From Faecalimonas sp. (GTDB lineage: Bacteria; Bacillota; Clostridia; Lachnospirales; Lachnospiraceae), in the NCBI GenBank assembly GCA_045648725.1, contig JAZRON010000033.1, positions 5,165 to 69,164 of the forward strand: a stretch of DNA of 64,000 nt, given 5' to 3'. A program made the position numbers and the translations under genes. The notes under the pieces are model-generated. The model did not search any database. It worked only from the letters and a program-made list of their open reading frames with translations, and had not been told where the DNA came from. Below are positions 39,676 to 49,966 of this stretch, piece by piece (position 1 is the stretch's first letter; every line of letters begins with the position of its first letter).

Positions 39676-41541
39676 TTGAGAAAATTAGCCTTATCTGATG
39701 AAATTTTATTAAAAGTTGATAAGCCGGCACGCTATATTGGAAATGAAGTGAATGCCGTTATGAAAAAGAAGGAAGAGGTAGACATTCGCTTTGCCTTTGT
39801 GTTTCCGGATGTATATGAAATCGGAATGTCCCATTTGGGAATTCAGATTCTTTATGATATGTTAAATCGTCGCGACGATATATGGTGTGAACGTGTATAT
39901 TCCCCATGGACAGATTTGGATAGAATCATGAGAGAAGAGAAGATTCCACTATTTGCATTGGAATCCCAAGAACCAATCAAGGATTTTGATTTTATAGGTA
40001 TCACCATTCAATACGAAATGTGCTATACCAATATTCTTCAGATATTGGACTTGGCACAGGTTCCAATGTTTGCAAAGGATAGAACAGAGGAACATCCGAT
40101 TGTAATTGGAGGCGGTCCGTGTACCTATAATCCGGAGCCGCTGGCAGATTTCTTCGACATTTTCTATATAGGAGAAGGGGAGACTGTCTTCTATGAATTA
40201 ATGGATCAATATAAAGAGTGGAAAGCATCGGGCAAATCCAAGAAAGAATTTTTGGAAATGGCAGCGGAGATTCCGGGACTTTATGTGCCTGCATTTTATG
40301 ATGTGACTTATCATGAAGATGGTACGATAGCTTCCTTTGAGCCAAATAACTCCCATGCAAAAACTATAATTGCAAAACAAATGGTATTAGATGTGACAAA
40401 TACCTATTATCCTGAAAAGCCGGTAGTTCCGTTTATTAAAGCAACTCAAGATAGGGTTGTTTTGGAAATTCAGAGAGGTTGCATTCGTGGATGTCGGTTT
40501 TGTCAGGCAGGAATGCTCTACAGACCAACCCGTGAACGCCATGTGGATATGTTAAAAGAATATGCATACAACATGTTGAAAAGCACTGGGCATGAGGAGA
40601 TTTCGCTGAGTTCTCTAAGCTCCAGTGATTATTCACAGTTACAAGAACTGGTCACATATTTAATCGAAGAGTTTAAGGGAAAGGGAATCAACATTTCCCT
40701 TCCATCCCTTCGTATTGACGCATTTTCTCTGGATGTAATGAGTAAAGTGCAGGATATTCGAAAGAGTAGCCTCACATTTGCACCGGAGGCCGGGTCCCAG
40801 AGACTTCGGGATGTAATCAATAAAGGATTAACGGAAGAAATCATCTTAGATGGTGCAGGACAAGCATTCGAAGGTGGTTGGAGCCGAGTGAAATTATATT
40901 TCATGTTAGGTCTTCCAACGGAAACAGAAGAAGATATGAAGGATATTGCTCGTTTGGCAGATAAAGTAGCAAGACGTTACTATGAAATTCCGAAGGATCA
41001 AAGAAATGGAAAATGTCAGATTGTTGCAAGTACATCCTTCTTTATTCCAAAGCCATTCACCCCTTTTCAATGGGCAACCATGTTAAACAGGGAAGACTAT
41101 ATTGCAAAAGCAAATGTGGTAAATCATGAGATGAAGGCCCAATTGAATCATAAGAGCCTAAAATACAACTGGCATGAAGCGGATGTGACGGTGTTGGAAG
41201 GGGTTTTTGCCCGTGGGGACAGACGTGTTGGCAAAGTGATTTTAGAAGCTTACAAGTTGGGTTGCAGCTATGATTCTTGGGGGGAACATTTTCAATATGA
41301 TTTGTGGATGCAAGCGTTCGAAAATACAGGTGTAGATATTGCTTTTTATAACTTGCGGGAACGTGATTTAGAAGAGATTCTACCTTGGGACTTCATCGAT
41401 ATTGGCGTTACTAAGAAATTCCTGCAACGGGAATGGAAACGGGCACTGGAAGGTGAAGTTACACCGAACTGTCGTATGCAGTGTTCTGGCTGTGGAGCAG
41501 CGATTTTCGGAGGAGGTGTGTGTGTTGAAGGCAAGAATTAA
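39676..41541 (+). CDS. TIGR03960 family B12-binding-like radical SAM protein
   Basis: KPARYIGNE, FPDVYEIGMS, RGCIRGCRFC, APEAGSQRLR motifs; C-terminal CxxxCxxC. Confidence 0.9.
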   Translation: MRKLALSDEILLKVDKPARYIGNEVNAVMKKKEEVDIRFAFVFPDVYEIGMSHLGIQILYDMLNRRDDIWCERVYSPWTDLDRIMREEKIPLFALESQEPIKDFDFIGITIQYEMCYTNILQILDLAQVPMFAKDRTEEHPIVIGGGPCTYNPEPLADFFDIFYIGEGETVFYELMDQYKEWKASGKSKKEFLEMAAEIPGLYVPAFYDVTYHEDGTIASFEPNNSHAKTIIAKQMVLDVTNTYYPEKPVVPFIKATQDRVVLEIQRGCIRGCRFCQAGMLYRPTRERHVDMLKEYAYNMLKSTGHEEISLSSLSSSDYSQLQELVTYLIEEFKGKGINISLPSLRIDAFSLDVMSKVQDIRKSSLTFAPEAGSQRLRDVINKGLTEEIILDGAGQAFEGGWSRVKLYFMLGLPTETEEDMKDIARLADKVARRYYEIPKDQRNGKCQIVASTSFFIPKPFTPFQWATMLNREDYIAKANVVNHEMKAQLNHKSLKYNWHEADVTVLEGVFARGDRRVGKVILEAYKLGCSYDSWGEHFQYDLWMQAFENTGVDIAFYNLRERDLEEILPWDFIDIGVTKKFLQREWKRALEGEVTPNCRMQCSGCGAAIFGGGVCVEGKN

Positions 41542-42208
41542 ATTCCGTAAATTTGGTGCAATGAAGTTTATTGGTCATCTTGATATCATGCGTTTCTTTC
41601 AAAAGATGATGAGACGTGCCGAGATTCCAATTGCATTTACCGGTGGATTTAGTCCTCATATGATTATGTCCTTTGCCAATCCTTTGGGTGTGGGTGTAAC
41701 AAGTGATGGCGAATATTTTGATATTGAACTTACAGAAGAGATTGATATGAGTGCGGCTGTGGCACGTATGAATCAAACTTCTGTAGAAGGAATAGAGGTT
41801 GTGAATATGGTGCCTATTTCTGATGAGAAAAAGCGTACCGGTATGACCATTGTGGCAGCATCGGACTATCTTTCTACGGTAAAAAGCGGTATGTTTCCGC
41901 AAGGCTGGCAACAAATGGCGGCTGGTTTTATGAATCAACCTTCTATTTGTATTATGAAAAAAACAAAGAAGAGCGAAAAAGAAGTTGATATAAAGCCTAT
42001 GATTTATCAATTTGAAATTCGGGATGATAGTATTTTTATGCAGGTGGCAACAGGCAGCGTTGAAAACCTGAAACCAGAAGTGGTCATGCAGGCATTTGCC
42101 GGATATTTGGGTGTGGATTTAGAGAGTGTCTCCTTTTCACATCATCGCTTAGAAGTTTATGCAGATGAAGGCAATCATAATTTTGTGAGTTTGGATAAGG
42201 TGTGGTAA
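41525..42208 (+). CDS. TIGR03936/DUF2344 radical SAM-linked protein
   Basis: FIGHLD, GFSPH and SDGEYFD motifs; GGAGG RBS before TTG. Confidence 0.85.
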   Translation: MKARIKFRKFGAMKFIGHLDIMRFFQKMMRRAEIPIAFTGGFSPHMIMSFANPLGVGVTSDGEYFDIELTEEIDMSAAVARMNQTSVEGIEVVNMVPISDEKKRTGMTIVAASDYLSTVKSGMFPQGWQQMAAGFMNQPSICIMKKTKKSEKEVDIKPMIYQFEIRDDSIFMQVATGSVENLKPEVVMQAFAGYLGVDLESVSFSHHRLEVYADEGNHNFVSLDKVW

Positions 42209-43398
42209 TGAAACGAAAACTGGTAATTACGAGGCTGGAAGAAAAGATTATAACAGCAGTGTTAGAGAATGATGAGGTTGTGGAGTTGCATTGCGCTAAG
42301 CAGGAAGAAAGCAATCATCTGGCAGAACTGGGGAATATCTATGTTGGTAAAGTGAAAAATATTGTAGGTAACATTGGTGCAGCTTTCGTAGAGATTGGAA
42401 AAGGTGTAGAATGTTATTATGCCATCGAGGAAAATGATGATCCGATTTTTACACACAAAATAGGGAAAAAGCCCCTTTGCGTGGGCGATGAACTAATTGT
42501 GCAGGTTTCCAAAGAGGCTGTAAAGACTAAAGTTCCAACGGTTACAAGCAAGCTGAGTTTTACGGGGAAATATGCTGTATTAACAAGCGGGGATACACGT
42601 ATTGGTGCTTCGGCAAAGCTTGCGAAAGAGGAAAGAGAACGTTTGATATCCATTGCAAATGAATATGCATCGGATAAGTATGGCTTTATCATGAGAACCA
42701 ATGCGAGAGAAGTCCATAAGGATATTTTAACAGGAGAGCTTAAGCAACTAATATCCGATTATGAGGCTGTTGTTATGACGGCTCAAACCAGAGTCCCTTT
42801 TTCTTGCTTGAAAAGAGCACCCAGACAATATTTGAGGGAACTAAAAAATATTTACCAAGATGGTTTGACAGATATTATTGTGGAGGATTTGGAGTTATAC
42901 GAGGAAATCAAAGATTTCCTGACTCAGAATCAGCCGGAGGATTTGGAGAAACTACGCCTGTACCAGGAAAAGTTATTACCCCTGCACAAGTTGTATGGAA
43001 TTGAAAAACAGATTGAACGAGCATTGAAAGAGCGAGTTTGGTTGAAATCCGGAGCGTATCTAGTGATTCAACCGACGGAAGCACTGACAGTAATTGATAT
43101 AAATACTGGAAAATGTATTGACAAAAGGAAAGATGATAAGGCATACTTTAAAATTAATATAGAAGCATGCAAGGAAGTTGCAAAACAAATTCGTCTAAGG
43201 AACCTAAGTGGAATTATATTAGTTGATTTTATTAATATGAACAGTCAGGAACTGACAGAGGAATTGTTAAGGCAATTTGAGTATGAATTGCACAAGGATG
43301 CAATTGCCACAACGTTAGTTGACATGACAAAACTGCAACTGGTAGAGGTGACAAGAAAGAAAATCAAAAAGCCATTTCAAGAGGCATTTTTTGAATAA
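42208..43398 (+). CDS. rng: Ribonuclease E/G family
   Basis: GNIYVGKV S1 domain, TEALTVIDINTG and GIILVDFINM motifs. Confidence 0.92.
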   Translation: MKRKLVITRLEEKIITAVLENDEVVELHCAKQEESNHLAELGNIYVGKVKNIVGNIGAAFVEIGKGVECYYAIEENDDPIFTHKIGKKPLCVGDELIVQVSKEAVKTKVPTVTSKLSFTGKYAVLTSGDTRIGASAKLAKEERERLISIANEYASDKYGFIMRTNAREVHKDILTGELKQLISDYEAVVMTAQTRVPFSCLKRAPRQYLRELKNIYQDGLTDIIVEDLELYEEIKDFLTQNQPEDLEKLRLYQEKLLPLHKLYGIEKQIERALKERVWLKSGAYLVIQPTEALTVIDINTGKCIDKRKDDKAYFKINIEACKEVAKQIRLRNLSGIILVDFINMNSQELTEELLRQFEYELHKDAIATTLVDMTKLQLVEVTRKKIKKPFQEAFFE

Positions 43399-43438
43399 TA
43401 AGTGTGTAAGATGAAACAAATATTGTGGAGGTAGACAA

Positions 43439-44758
43439 ATGAAAAAAGTAGTAAAATTCGGAGGGAGTTCTTTAGCCAGTGCCGAACAGTTTAAAAAAGT
43501 GGGAGAAATCATCCGTGCAGATAAAAGTAGAAGATATGTAGTACCTTCAGCTCCTGGAAAACGTTTTTCAGGGGATACAAAGGTTACCGATATGTTATAT
43601 ACCTGTTATAATGCAGCGATTCGTGAAAAGAAATTTACAACACTCCTAGATGAAATAAAGGCAAGATACAATGAAATTATAGATGGATTAGGGTTAGAAC
43701 TTTCTTTGGACGCTGAGTTTAATGTGATTCGTGAGAATTTCGGAAAAAAAGTAGGAAGAGATTATGCAGCTTCTAGAGGAGAATATCTGAACAGCATTAT
43801 TATGGCAAATTATCTTGGATATGAGTTTATTGATGCTGCAGAGGTTATTTTATTTGATGAAGATGGACGTTTTGATGACGAAAAGACAAATGCTGTTTTA
43901 TCAAAACGATTAGAGAAGGTTGAACGCGCGGTGATTCCAGGGTTCTATGGCTCTATGCCGGATGGAACAATTAAAACATTCTCAAGAGGTGGCTCAGACT
44001 TAACAGGTTCTATCGTTGCAAAGGCTGCAAAGGTTGATATGTATGAAAACTGGACCGATGTTTCCGGCTTCATGATAGCAGATCCGAGAATTATTAATAA
44101 TCCAAAATCTATTGAAGCCATTACATACAAAGAATTGCGAGAACTTTCTTACATGGGAGCAACCGTTCTTCATGAGGACGCTATATTCCCTATTCGCAAG
44201 GAAGGGATTCCAATTAATATTCGTAACACAAACGCACCGGATGATAAGGGCACGTTAATCGTAGAAGCTACCTGCAGACATCCGAAGTACACCATTACCG
44301 GTATTGCAGGAAAGCAGGGATTTGCGTCTATTACAATTGAAAAAGCAATGATGAACTCAGAAGTGGGCTTCTGTCGCAAGGTATTGCAAGTATTTGAAGA
44401 TAATGGCATTTCCATTGAGCATATGCCTTCAGGAATTGATACCATGACAGTGTTTGTTCACCAGTCAGAGTTTGAAGAAAAGGAACAAGAAGTACTTGCA
44501 GGTATTCATCAAGCGGTACAGCCGGATTCCTTGGAATTGGAATCTGATTTGGCATTAATCGCTATTGTAGGCCGTGGTATGAGAGCAAAACGTGGTACTT
44601 CCGGACGTGTATTTTCTGCACTTGCTCATGCCCATGTGAATGTAAAAATGATTGACCAAGGTTCTAGCGAGTTGAATATTGTAGTTGGTGTTCGTAACCA
44701 CGATTTCGACAATGCGATTCGTGCATTATATGATATTTTTGTGACTACAAGACTTTAG
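43439..44758 (+). CDS. Aspartate kinase
   Basis: KFGGSSLA, SAPGKR, FSRGGSD and WTDVSG motifs; C-terminal ACT domains. Confidence 0.95.
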   Translation: MKKVVKFGGSSLASAEQFKKVGEIIRADKSRRYVVPSAPGKRFSGDTKVTDMLYTCYNAAIREKKFTTLLDEIKARYNEIIDGLGLELSLDAEFNVIRENFGKKVGRDYAASRGEYLNSIIMANYLGYEFIDAAEVILFDEDGRFDDEKTNAVLSKRLEKVERAVIPGFYGSMPDGTIKTFSRGGSDLTGSIVAKAAKVDMYENWTDVSGFMIADPRIINNPKSIEAITYKELRELSYMGATVLHEDAIFPIRKEGIPINIRNTNAPDDKGTLIVEATCRHPKYTITGIAGKQGFASITIEKAMMNSEVGFCRKVLQVFEDNGISIEHMPSGIDTMTVFVHQSEFEEKEQEVLAGIHQAVQPDSLELESDLALIAIVGRGMRAKRGTSGRVFSALAHAHVNVKMIDQGSSELNIVVGVRNHDFDNAIRALYDIFVTTRL

Positions 44759-44774
44759 ATAAAGAAGGGATAAA

Positions 44775-45560
44775 ATGATAGATTTTCATACACATATATT
44801 TCCGGAAAAAATAGCGGATCGGACCATAGCCCATTTGTCGGAGACCTGTCATATGCCACCATATACGAATGGAAAGGAAGAAGGGCTGCATCGTTCAGCA
44901 GAAGAGGCCGGAATTCAATGTTCCGTGATTCTGCCGGTGGCGACAGCACCAAAGCAGTTCGATTCCATTCAACGTTTTGCATTGCAGTTCATGGAAGGAA
45001 AGTTTATTTCCTTTGGAAGTATTCATCCGGACTGCGAAGATTACAAAGAAAAATTACGATGGATAAAAGAAAATGGTTTAAAAGGAATAAAATTCCATCC
45101 GGATTATCAGAACACCTACTTTAATGATATCAAATATAAAAGGATTCTGTCCTATGCAACAGAACTTGATTTAATTATTGTAACACATGCCGGTTTGGAT
45201 CCCATAAGTCCAAAGGACATTCATTGTACACCGAAAATGATAGAAGAGATGCTGAACGAAGTCTCTCCAAAGAATTTGGTTTTAGCCCATATGGGAGGCA
45301 ATGAAATGTTTGAAGAGGTAGAACAATTGCTGGTTGGCAGAGATGTATATTTTGATACTTCCTACGTTTTAGATAAGATGAACCCATGGCAGTTTTTGCG
45401 AATGGTTCGGAATCATGGTGTAGATAAAATATTATTTGGAACGGATTCGCCGTGGGGTGGACAAAAACAGTTTGTGGAAACCTTTTATCAGATTCCGTTG
45501 ACAAAAGATGAGCGGGAACAAATTGCGTCTAAAAATGCATCTAAATTATTGAAAATGTGA
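44775..45560 (+). CDS. Amidohydrolase_2 family metallohydrolase
   Basis: IDFHTH, GIKFHP, AHMGG and LFGTDSPW motifs. Confidence 0.88.
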   Translation: MIDFHTHIFPEKIADRTIAHLSETCHMPPYTNGKEEGLHRSAEEAGIQCSVILPVATAPKQFDSIQRFALQFMEGKFISFGSIHPDCEDYKEKLRWIKENGLKGIKFHPDYQNTYFNDIKYKRILSYATELDLIIVTHAGLDPISPKDIHCTPKMIEEMLNEVSPKNLVLAHMGGNEMFEEVEQLLVGRDVYFDTSYVLDKMNPWQFLRMVRNHGVDKILFGTDSPWGGQKQFVETFYQIPLTKDEREQIASKNASKLLKM

Positions 45561-45582
45561 TTCCATGTGAATCACATTTTTT
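45552..45582 (+). terminator. Intrinsic terminator overlapping the amidohydrolase stop codon
   Basis: AAAATGTGATTC-CATGT-GAATCACATTTT followed by TT. Confidence 0.75.
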
Positions 45583-45597
45583 GTGTAATAAGATATA

Positions 45598-45740
45598 GTA
45601 ACTATTCAGCCATGAAGCTCGAATCCGCCATGCTTCTTCTCGCTTTGTCTAAACGCCATATGTCAAATATCTATATCGAAAACTTATATGCAAGCATAAC
45701 GTTTCCGATACAGATATTTGTCTCATGGCTGAATAGTTAC
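45598..45740. repeat. 143-bp palindromic element with perfect 18-bp terminal inverted repeats (MITE/REP-like)
   Basis: GTAACTATTCAGCCATGA ... TCATGGCTGAATAGTTAC; internal hairpin at 45664-45720. Confidence 0.75.
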
Positions 45741-45768
45741 AGAAATATTACGAAAGTTACGAAAAATG

Positions 45769-45798
45769 TTGACTAGATATCACACCTTGTATTAAAAT
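45769..45798 (+). promoter_or_regulatory. Putative sigma-A promoter of the NlpC/P60 gene
   Basis: TTGACT-18-TAAAAT. Confidence 0.5.
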
Positions 45799-45843
45799 AT
45801 ACAGGCATGTGCGCAAGGGAGTACATCAAAGAGAGGAATTAAG

Positions 45844-47472
45844 ATGAGAGTTTATATTCGTGAAAACTTAAAAACAATTTTGTCAATCACACTTCTGGTG
45901 ATGTGCACCATTATTTTTATTTGTACAAATGAATTGGTGGCAAAAAGATTACCGGAAGTCTCAGCATTGAGTGTTGTAGATGTGGAAATTCCTGAAGGGA
46001 ATGTGTTTGTCTATACAGGGAAGGAAATCAAGCCTGAGATTGAGAGTATAGAGTTTGTTGATGAAGATGGCGATACAGTCGAAAAATCAAAAGAAGAGAT
46101 TACTATTCTGAGCTATTCTGACAATAAGAAGGTGGGCTGTGCTAGTATCAAAGTGCAAGTTATGGGATATCAAGGAAGTGTGGTATTGAAAGATGCATTC
46201 CGTATTCTTCCTGCCAAGGTAGAGAAGTTTCAGATCACACAGGCATCTCGTGAAAGCATTGATTTAACCTGGAAACAATTAGAAGGTGTGGATGGTTACA
46301 TCTTGTATAAGAGCACCAACGGAGGTGCAAATTATGTTCCTACAATGGTAATTGCTGATGGGAATATAACTTCATATCAGGAAACAAACATTCAGACAAA
46401 TGCTACTTATATGTACTATATTTGCGGATATGCCAATTTAGATAAAGGTGTTTTGTATGGAGAAGCTTCTGAAGTGATAAGCCAGATTACTCCTCTTGCC
46501 ACACCGGTATTAACAAGTGTAAGTGGCATATCATATAATACAATTCAGTTGCAGTGGGACGCAGTAGATGGGGCAGTCGGCTATCAAGTGTTCCGTTGTT
46601 TGAAAAAAGACGGAGAGTTTGAGTGCGTAGCTGAAATCACAGATGGTGCTGCTACAACATATACAGATGCAGAACGTGAGTGTGGAGTAGAATATTATTA
46701 CTATATTAAGGCATGCCAGAGTTTGGAAACCGGGAATGTGTATGGAGAGTCTTCTGAAATCATAGGAACAAAGACAACTCCTAATAAAGTGAAAATAAGC
46801 GGAACAACCAGTGATGGAGATACGAAAGTTTCTCTAAGTTGGAAAAAGTCAGAAGGTGCACAAGGGTACGAGATCTATCGCAGTGAAGGCGACAAATCAA
46901 ATTATCAGTTGATAGCCGACATTGACAATGGACACACTTTAACATGGTCAGAGTCCGGGTTAAATAAAGATACCGTATATTTTTATAGAATCAGACCGTA
47001 TTGTGTTGTAAATGATACAAGAATTACAGGTTCATATTCTGGCGCATATGAAAAGGTTGTTACAATTGTATTTGAGTATACCGGGACTACGGAAGATATT
47101 TGGGCCATTACCCAATATGCAGGAAAAGTACAATATGTATGGGGAGGCAAGTCCTCTAGAGGTTGGGATTGTAGTGGTTTCACCTATTGGGTATATAAAA
47201 ATCATTTTGGAATAGACATTGGAACAACAGCATCTGTACAGGTAGGTAAGGGAACTTCTATCAGTAAAAACAATCGCTCCGAATGGAAACCAGGGGATTT
47301 GTTATTCTATACAGAGGGTGCAGGACCAAGCCATGTAGCTATCTATTTAGGAAATGGTCAAATGATTCATGCACTAAGTGAGAAGTACGATACAATCGTA
47401 CATGATGTGGATTATTATGAACGCTGGGATAGAGCCACTTCATTGATATCAGTAAAACGTATTTTTAATTAA
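45844..47472 (+). CDS. Secreted or anchored NlpC/P60 peptidoglycan endopeptidase with three FN3 domains
   Basis: N-terminal hydrophobic segment; three W...GY.(L/V/I)(Y/F) FN3 repeats; YVWGG, WDCSGF, HVAIY and MIHA motifs. Confidence 0.9.
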   Translation: MRVYIRENLKTILSITLLVMCTIIFICTNELVAKRLPEVSALSVVDVEIPEGNVFVYTGKEIKPEIESIEFVDEDGDTVEKSKEEITILSYSDNKKVGCASIKVQVMGYQGSVVLKDAFRILPAKVEKFQITQASRESIDLTWKQLEGVDGYILYKSTNGGANYVPTMVIADGNITSYQETNIQTNATYMYYICGYANLDKGVLYGEASEVISQITPLATPVLTSVSGISYNTIQLQWDAVDGAVGYQVFRCLKKDGEFECVAEITDGAATTYTDAERECGVEYYYYIKACQSLETGNVYGESSEIIGTKTTPNKVKISGTTSDGDTKVSLSWKKSEGAQGYEIYRSEGDKSNYQLIADIDNGHTLTWSESGLNKDTVYFYRIRPYCVVNDTRITGSYSGAYEKVVTIVFEYTGTTEDIWAITQYAGKVQYVWGGKSSRGWDCSGFTYWVYKNHFGIDIGTTASVQVGKGTSISKNNRSEWKPGDLLFYTEGAGPSHVAIYLGNGQMIHALSEKYDTIVHDVDYYERWDRATSLISVKRIFN

Positions 47473-47479
47473 AAAAAGG

Positions 47480-47508
47480 TTGACGCATAGCAATGTCTAT
47501 GGTAAAAT
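47480..47508 (+). promoter_or_regulatory. Sigma-A promoter of the rplU operon
   Basis: TTGACG-17-TAAAAT with extended TG. Confidence 0.75.
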
Positions 47509-47513
47509 ACATG

Positions 47514-47592
47514 AGTATGCCGCACAGTGAGGTTTACAAGTTTGCATGTTTGAACGTTTATAGGATGACATGTAACACCATAACTGGCGAGT
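47514..47592 (+). ncRNA. L21 ribosomal protein leader (putative autoregulatory RNA)
   Basis: Lies between the promoter and rplU; AGTATGCCGCAC...GGCGAGT ends as recalled for the Firmicute L21 leader. Confidence 0.65.
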
Positions 47593-47613
47593 AATGATAA
47601 TAGGAGGTGCCAT

Positions 47614-47922
47614 ATGTACGCAATTATAGCAACAGGTGGTAAACAGTACAAAGTAGCCGAAGGCGATATCATTAAAGTAGAAAAACTTGGTGTAGAAGCT
47701 GGAGAGACTTTTACATTTGACCAAGTACTTGCAGTAAGCGATGCAGAATTAAAGGTTGGTAATCCAACAGTAGAAGGCGCTACAGTTACAGCTTCTGTAA
47801 TTGGAGACGGCAAAGCTAAAAAAGTTATCGTTTACAAGTATAAGAGAAAATCTGGATACCATAAGAAGAACGGTCACAGACAACAATACACAGCTGTTAA
47901 GATTGAAAAGATCAACGCTTAA
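47614..47922 (+). CDS. rplU: 50S ribosomal protein L21
   Basis: [14 protein letters not shown] and GHRQ motifs. Confidence 0.98.
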   Translation: MYAIIATGGKQYKVAEGDIIKVEKLGVEAGETFTFDQVLAVSDAELKVGNPTVEGATVTASVIGDGKAKKVIVYKYKRKSGYHKKNGHRQQYTAVKIEKINA

Positions 47923-47931
47923 TTTGATGTT

Positions 47932-48261
47932 ATGACTAAGGTAACCATTTACAAGAATGAATTGAATGAATGTGTTGGGTTCAAGGTTTATGAACATGCT
48001 GGATTTGCAGAAGCAGGTAGCGACATTGTGTGCTCGGCAATTTCTGTTTTGACAATTAATACCATGAATGCGATTGAGCGATTTACAGATGTGGATTTCA
48101 CGCAGGATGTGGATGAAGAAGAGTGCATGATTCAATTTAGAATAGACAAACCTACAAAAGAGACAACACTATTGTTGGATACAATGATTCTGGGATTGCA
48201 GACATTGGAAGACAACAAAGATTACGAAGATTATATCGATTTAATATTTGAGGAGGTGTAA
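47932..48261 (+). CDS. prp: Ribosomal-processing cysteine protease Prp (YsxB)
   Basis: [11 protein letters not shown] motif; between rplU and rpmA. Confidence 0.92.
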   Translation: MTKVTIYKNELNECVGFKVYEHAGFAEAGSDIVCSAISVLTINTMNAIERFTDVDFTQDVDEEECMIQFRIDKPTKETTLLLDTMILGLQTLEDNKDYEDYIDLIFEEV

Positions 48262-48266
48262 CAACC

Positions 48267-48554
48267 ATGATGAATTTAAACCTTCAATTTTTCGCTCATA
48301 AAAAAGGGGTTGGTTCTACAAAGAACGGTAGAGACTCAGAATCAAAAAGATTAGGTGCGAAAAGAGCTGACGGACAATTTGTAAAAGCTGGAAACATTCT
48401 TTACAGACAACGTGGAACTAAGATTCACCCAGGTATCAACGTAGGACGTGGTGGAGACGATACATTATTTGCATTAGTTGACGGTGTTGTAAGATTCGAA
48501 AGAAAAGGAAGAGATAAGAAACAAGTTTCTATCTATCCAGTAGTAGCTGAATAA
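48267..48554 (+). CDS. rpmA: 50S ribosomal protein L27 with Prp-cleaved N-terminal extension
   Basis: [20 protein letters not shown]. Confidence 0.98.
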   Translation: MMNLNLQFFAHKKGVGSTKNGRDSESKRLGAKRADGQFVKAGNILYRQRGTKIHPGINVGRGGDDTLFALVDGVVRFERKGRDKKQVSIYPVVAE

Positions 48555-48576
48555 GAATTTTGCAAATGCAGGAATT

Positions 48577-48612
48577 AGGCTTCAAATCATTTGGTTTGAA
48601 GCCTTGTTTTTT
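48577..48612 (+). terminator. Intrinsic terminator after rpmA
   Basis: AGGCTTCAAATCA-TT-TGGTTTGAAGCCT followed by TGTTTTTT. Confidence 0.8.
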
Positions 48613-48668
48613 GCCATATACTTATATTATAATGTTAATTAACCAATTAGAAAAAGTAGGTGAAAATT

Positions 48669-49952
48669 ATGTTTGCAGATAGAGCAAAGATTTATATTAG
48701 ATCTGGGAAAGGTGGCGATGGACATGCCAGTTTTCGTCGAGAACTCTATGTACCAAACGGAGGACCAGATGGTGGAGACGGTGGACGCGGTGGAGACGTC
48801 ATCTTTGAAGTGGATCAAGGATTAAACACTCTTGTAGACTATCGTCATAAAAGAAAATATTGCGCAAAAGATGGTGAACAAGGTGGAAAGAGAAGATGTC
48901 ACGGAAAAGATGCAGAGGACATTGTTTTGCGTGTGCCGGAAGGAACCGTTATCAAAGAGGCCGAAACCGGAAAAGTAATCGCGGATATGTCCGGTGAAAA
49001 CCGCAGACAGATTATTTTAAAAGGTGGAAAAGGTGGACTTGGAAATCAGCATTTCGCAACATCAACCATGCAGGTTCCAAAGTATGCTCAGCCAGGCCAA
49101 CCTGCACAGGAATTGAATGTATTATTAGAATTAAAGGTAATTGCGGATGTGGGACTTGTAGGTTTTCCAAATGTTGGGAAGTCCACATTGTTATCCCGTG
49201 TAACAAATGCAAATCCAAAGATTGCCAATTACCATTTTACGACCATTAATCCAAACCTTGGTGTGGTTGATTTGGAGGGAACAGATGGGTTTGTCATTGC
49301 AGATATCCCTGGATTAATAGAAGGTGCGTCAGAAGGTGTGGGATTAGGACATGAATTTTTACGTCATATTGAACGTACCAAGATGATGATTCATGTGGTA
49401 GATGCCGCATCCTCAGAGGGACGTGATCCAATCGACGATATTTACAAAATCAATGCAGAATTAGAAGCATACAATCCGGAAATTGCCAAACGTCCACAGG
49501 TAATTGCTGCAAATAAAACGGACCTAATTTATGCTGAAGATGAAAATCCAGTAGACATGATTCGCGCAGAATTTGAACCACAAGGAATCAAGGTTTTTGC
49601 TATCTCCGGAGTTTCCGGCGAAGGAATCAAGGAGTTATTGTATTATGTAAATGACCAATTAAAAACGTTAGACCAAAAGACCATTGTGTTTGAACAGGAA
49701 TACTTCCCGGAAGAAGAACTGATTCATGAAGATTTACCATATACAGTTGAAGTGGAAGATGGTATTTATGTGGTAGAAGGTCCTAAGATTGAGAAAATGC
49801 TTGGATACACCAATCTGGATTCCGAAAAAGGTTTTGCTTTCTTCCAAAAATTCTTAAAAGATAGTGGAATCCTAGAAGATTTGGAACAAGCTGGCATTGA
49901 AGAAGGCGATACAGTGCGTATGTATGGCTTACAATTTGACTATTATAAATAA
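48669..49952 (+). CDS. obgE: GTPase ObgE
   Basis: Gly-rich Obg fold, GFPNVGKST, DIPG and NKTD motifs; C-terminal OCT domain. Confidence 0.97.
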   Translation: MFADRAKIYIRSGKGGDGHASFRRELYVPNGGPDGGDGGRGGDVIFEVDQGLNTLVDYRHKRKYCAKDGEQGGKRRCHGKDAEDIVLRVPEGTVIKEAETGKVIADMSGENRRQIILKGGKGGLGNQHFATSTMQVPKYAQPGQPAQELNVLLELKVIADVGLVGFPNVGKSTLLSRVTNANPKIANYHFTTINPNLGVVDLEGTDGFVIADIPGLIEGASEGVGLGHEFLRHIERTKMMIHVVDAASSEGRDPIDDIYKINAELEAYNPEIAKRPQVIAANKTDLIYAEDENPVDMIRAEFEPQGIKVFAISGVSGEGIKELLYYVNDQLKTLDQKTIVFEQEYFPEEELIHEDLPYTVEVEDGIYVVEGPKIEKMLGYTNLDSEKGFAFFQKFLKDSGILEDLEQAGIEEGDTVRMYGLQFDYYK

Positions 49953-49966
49953 AAGGAGAACAAAGG

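Noticed and set aside
43399-43438. Lysine riboswitch or T-box upstream of aspartate kinase
   Set aside because: The intergenic gap is only 40 bp.
45567-45776. 69-aa ORF in the track
   Set aside because: It spans the terminator and palindromic element, has no RBS, and is best explained as a by-product of the repeat.
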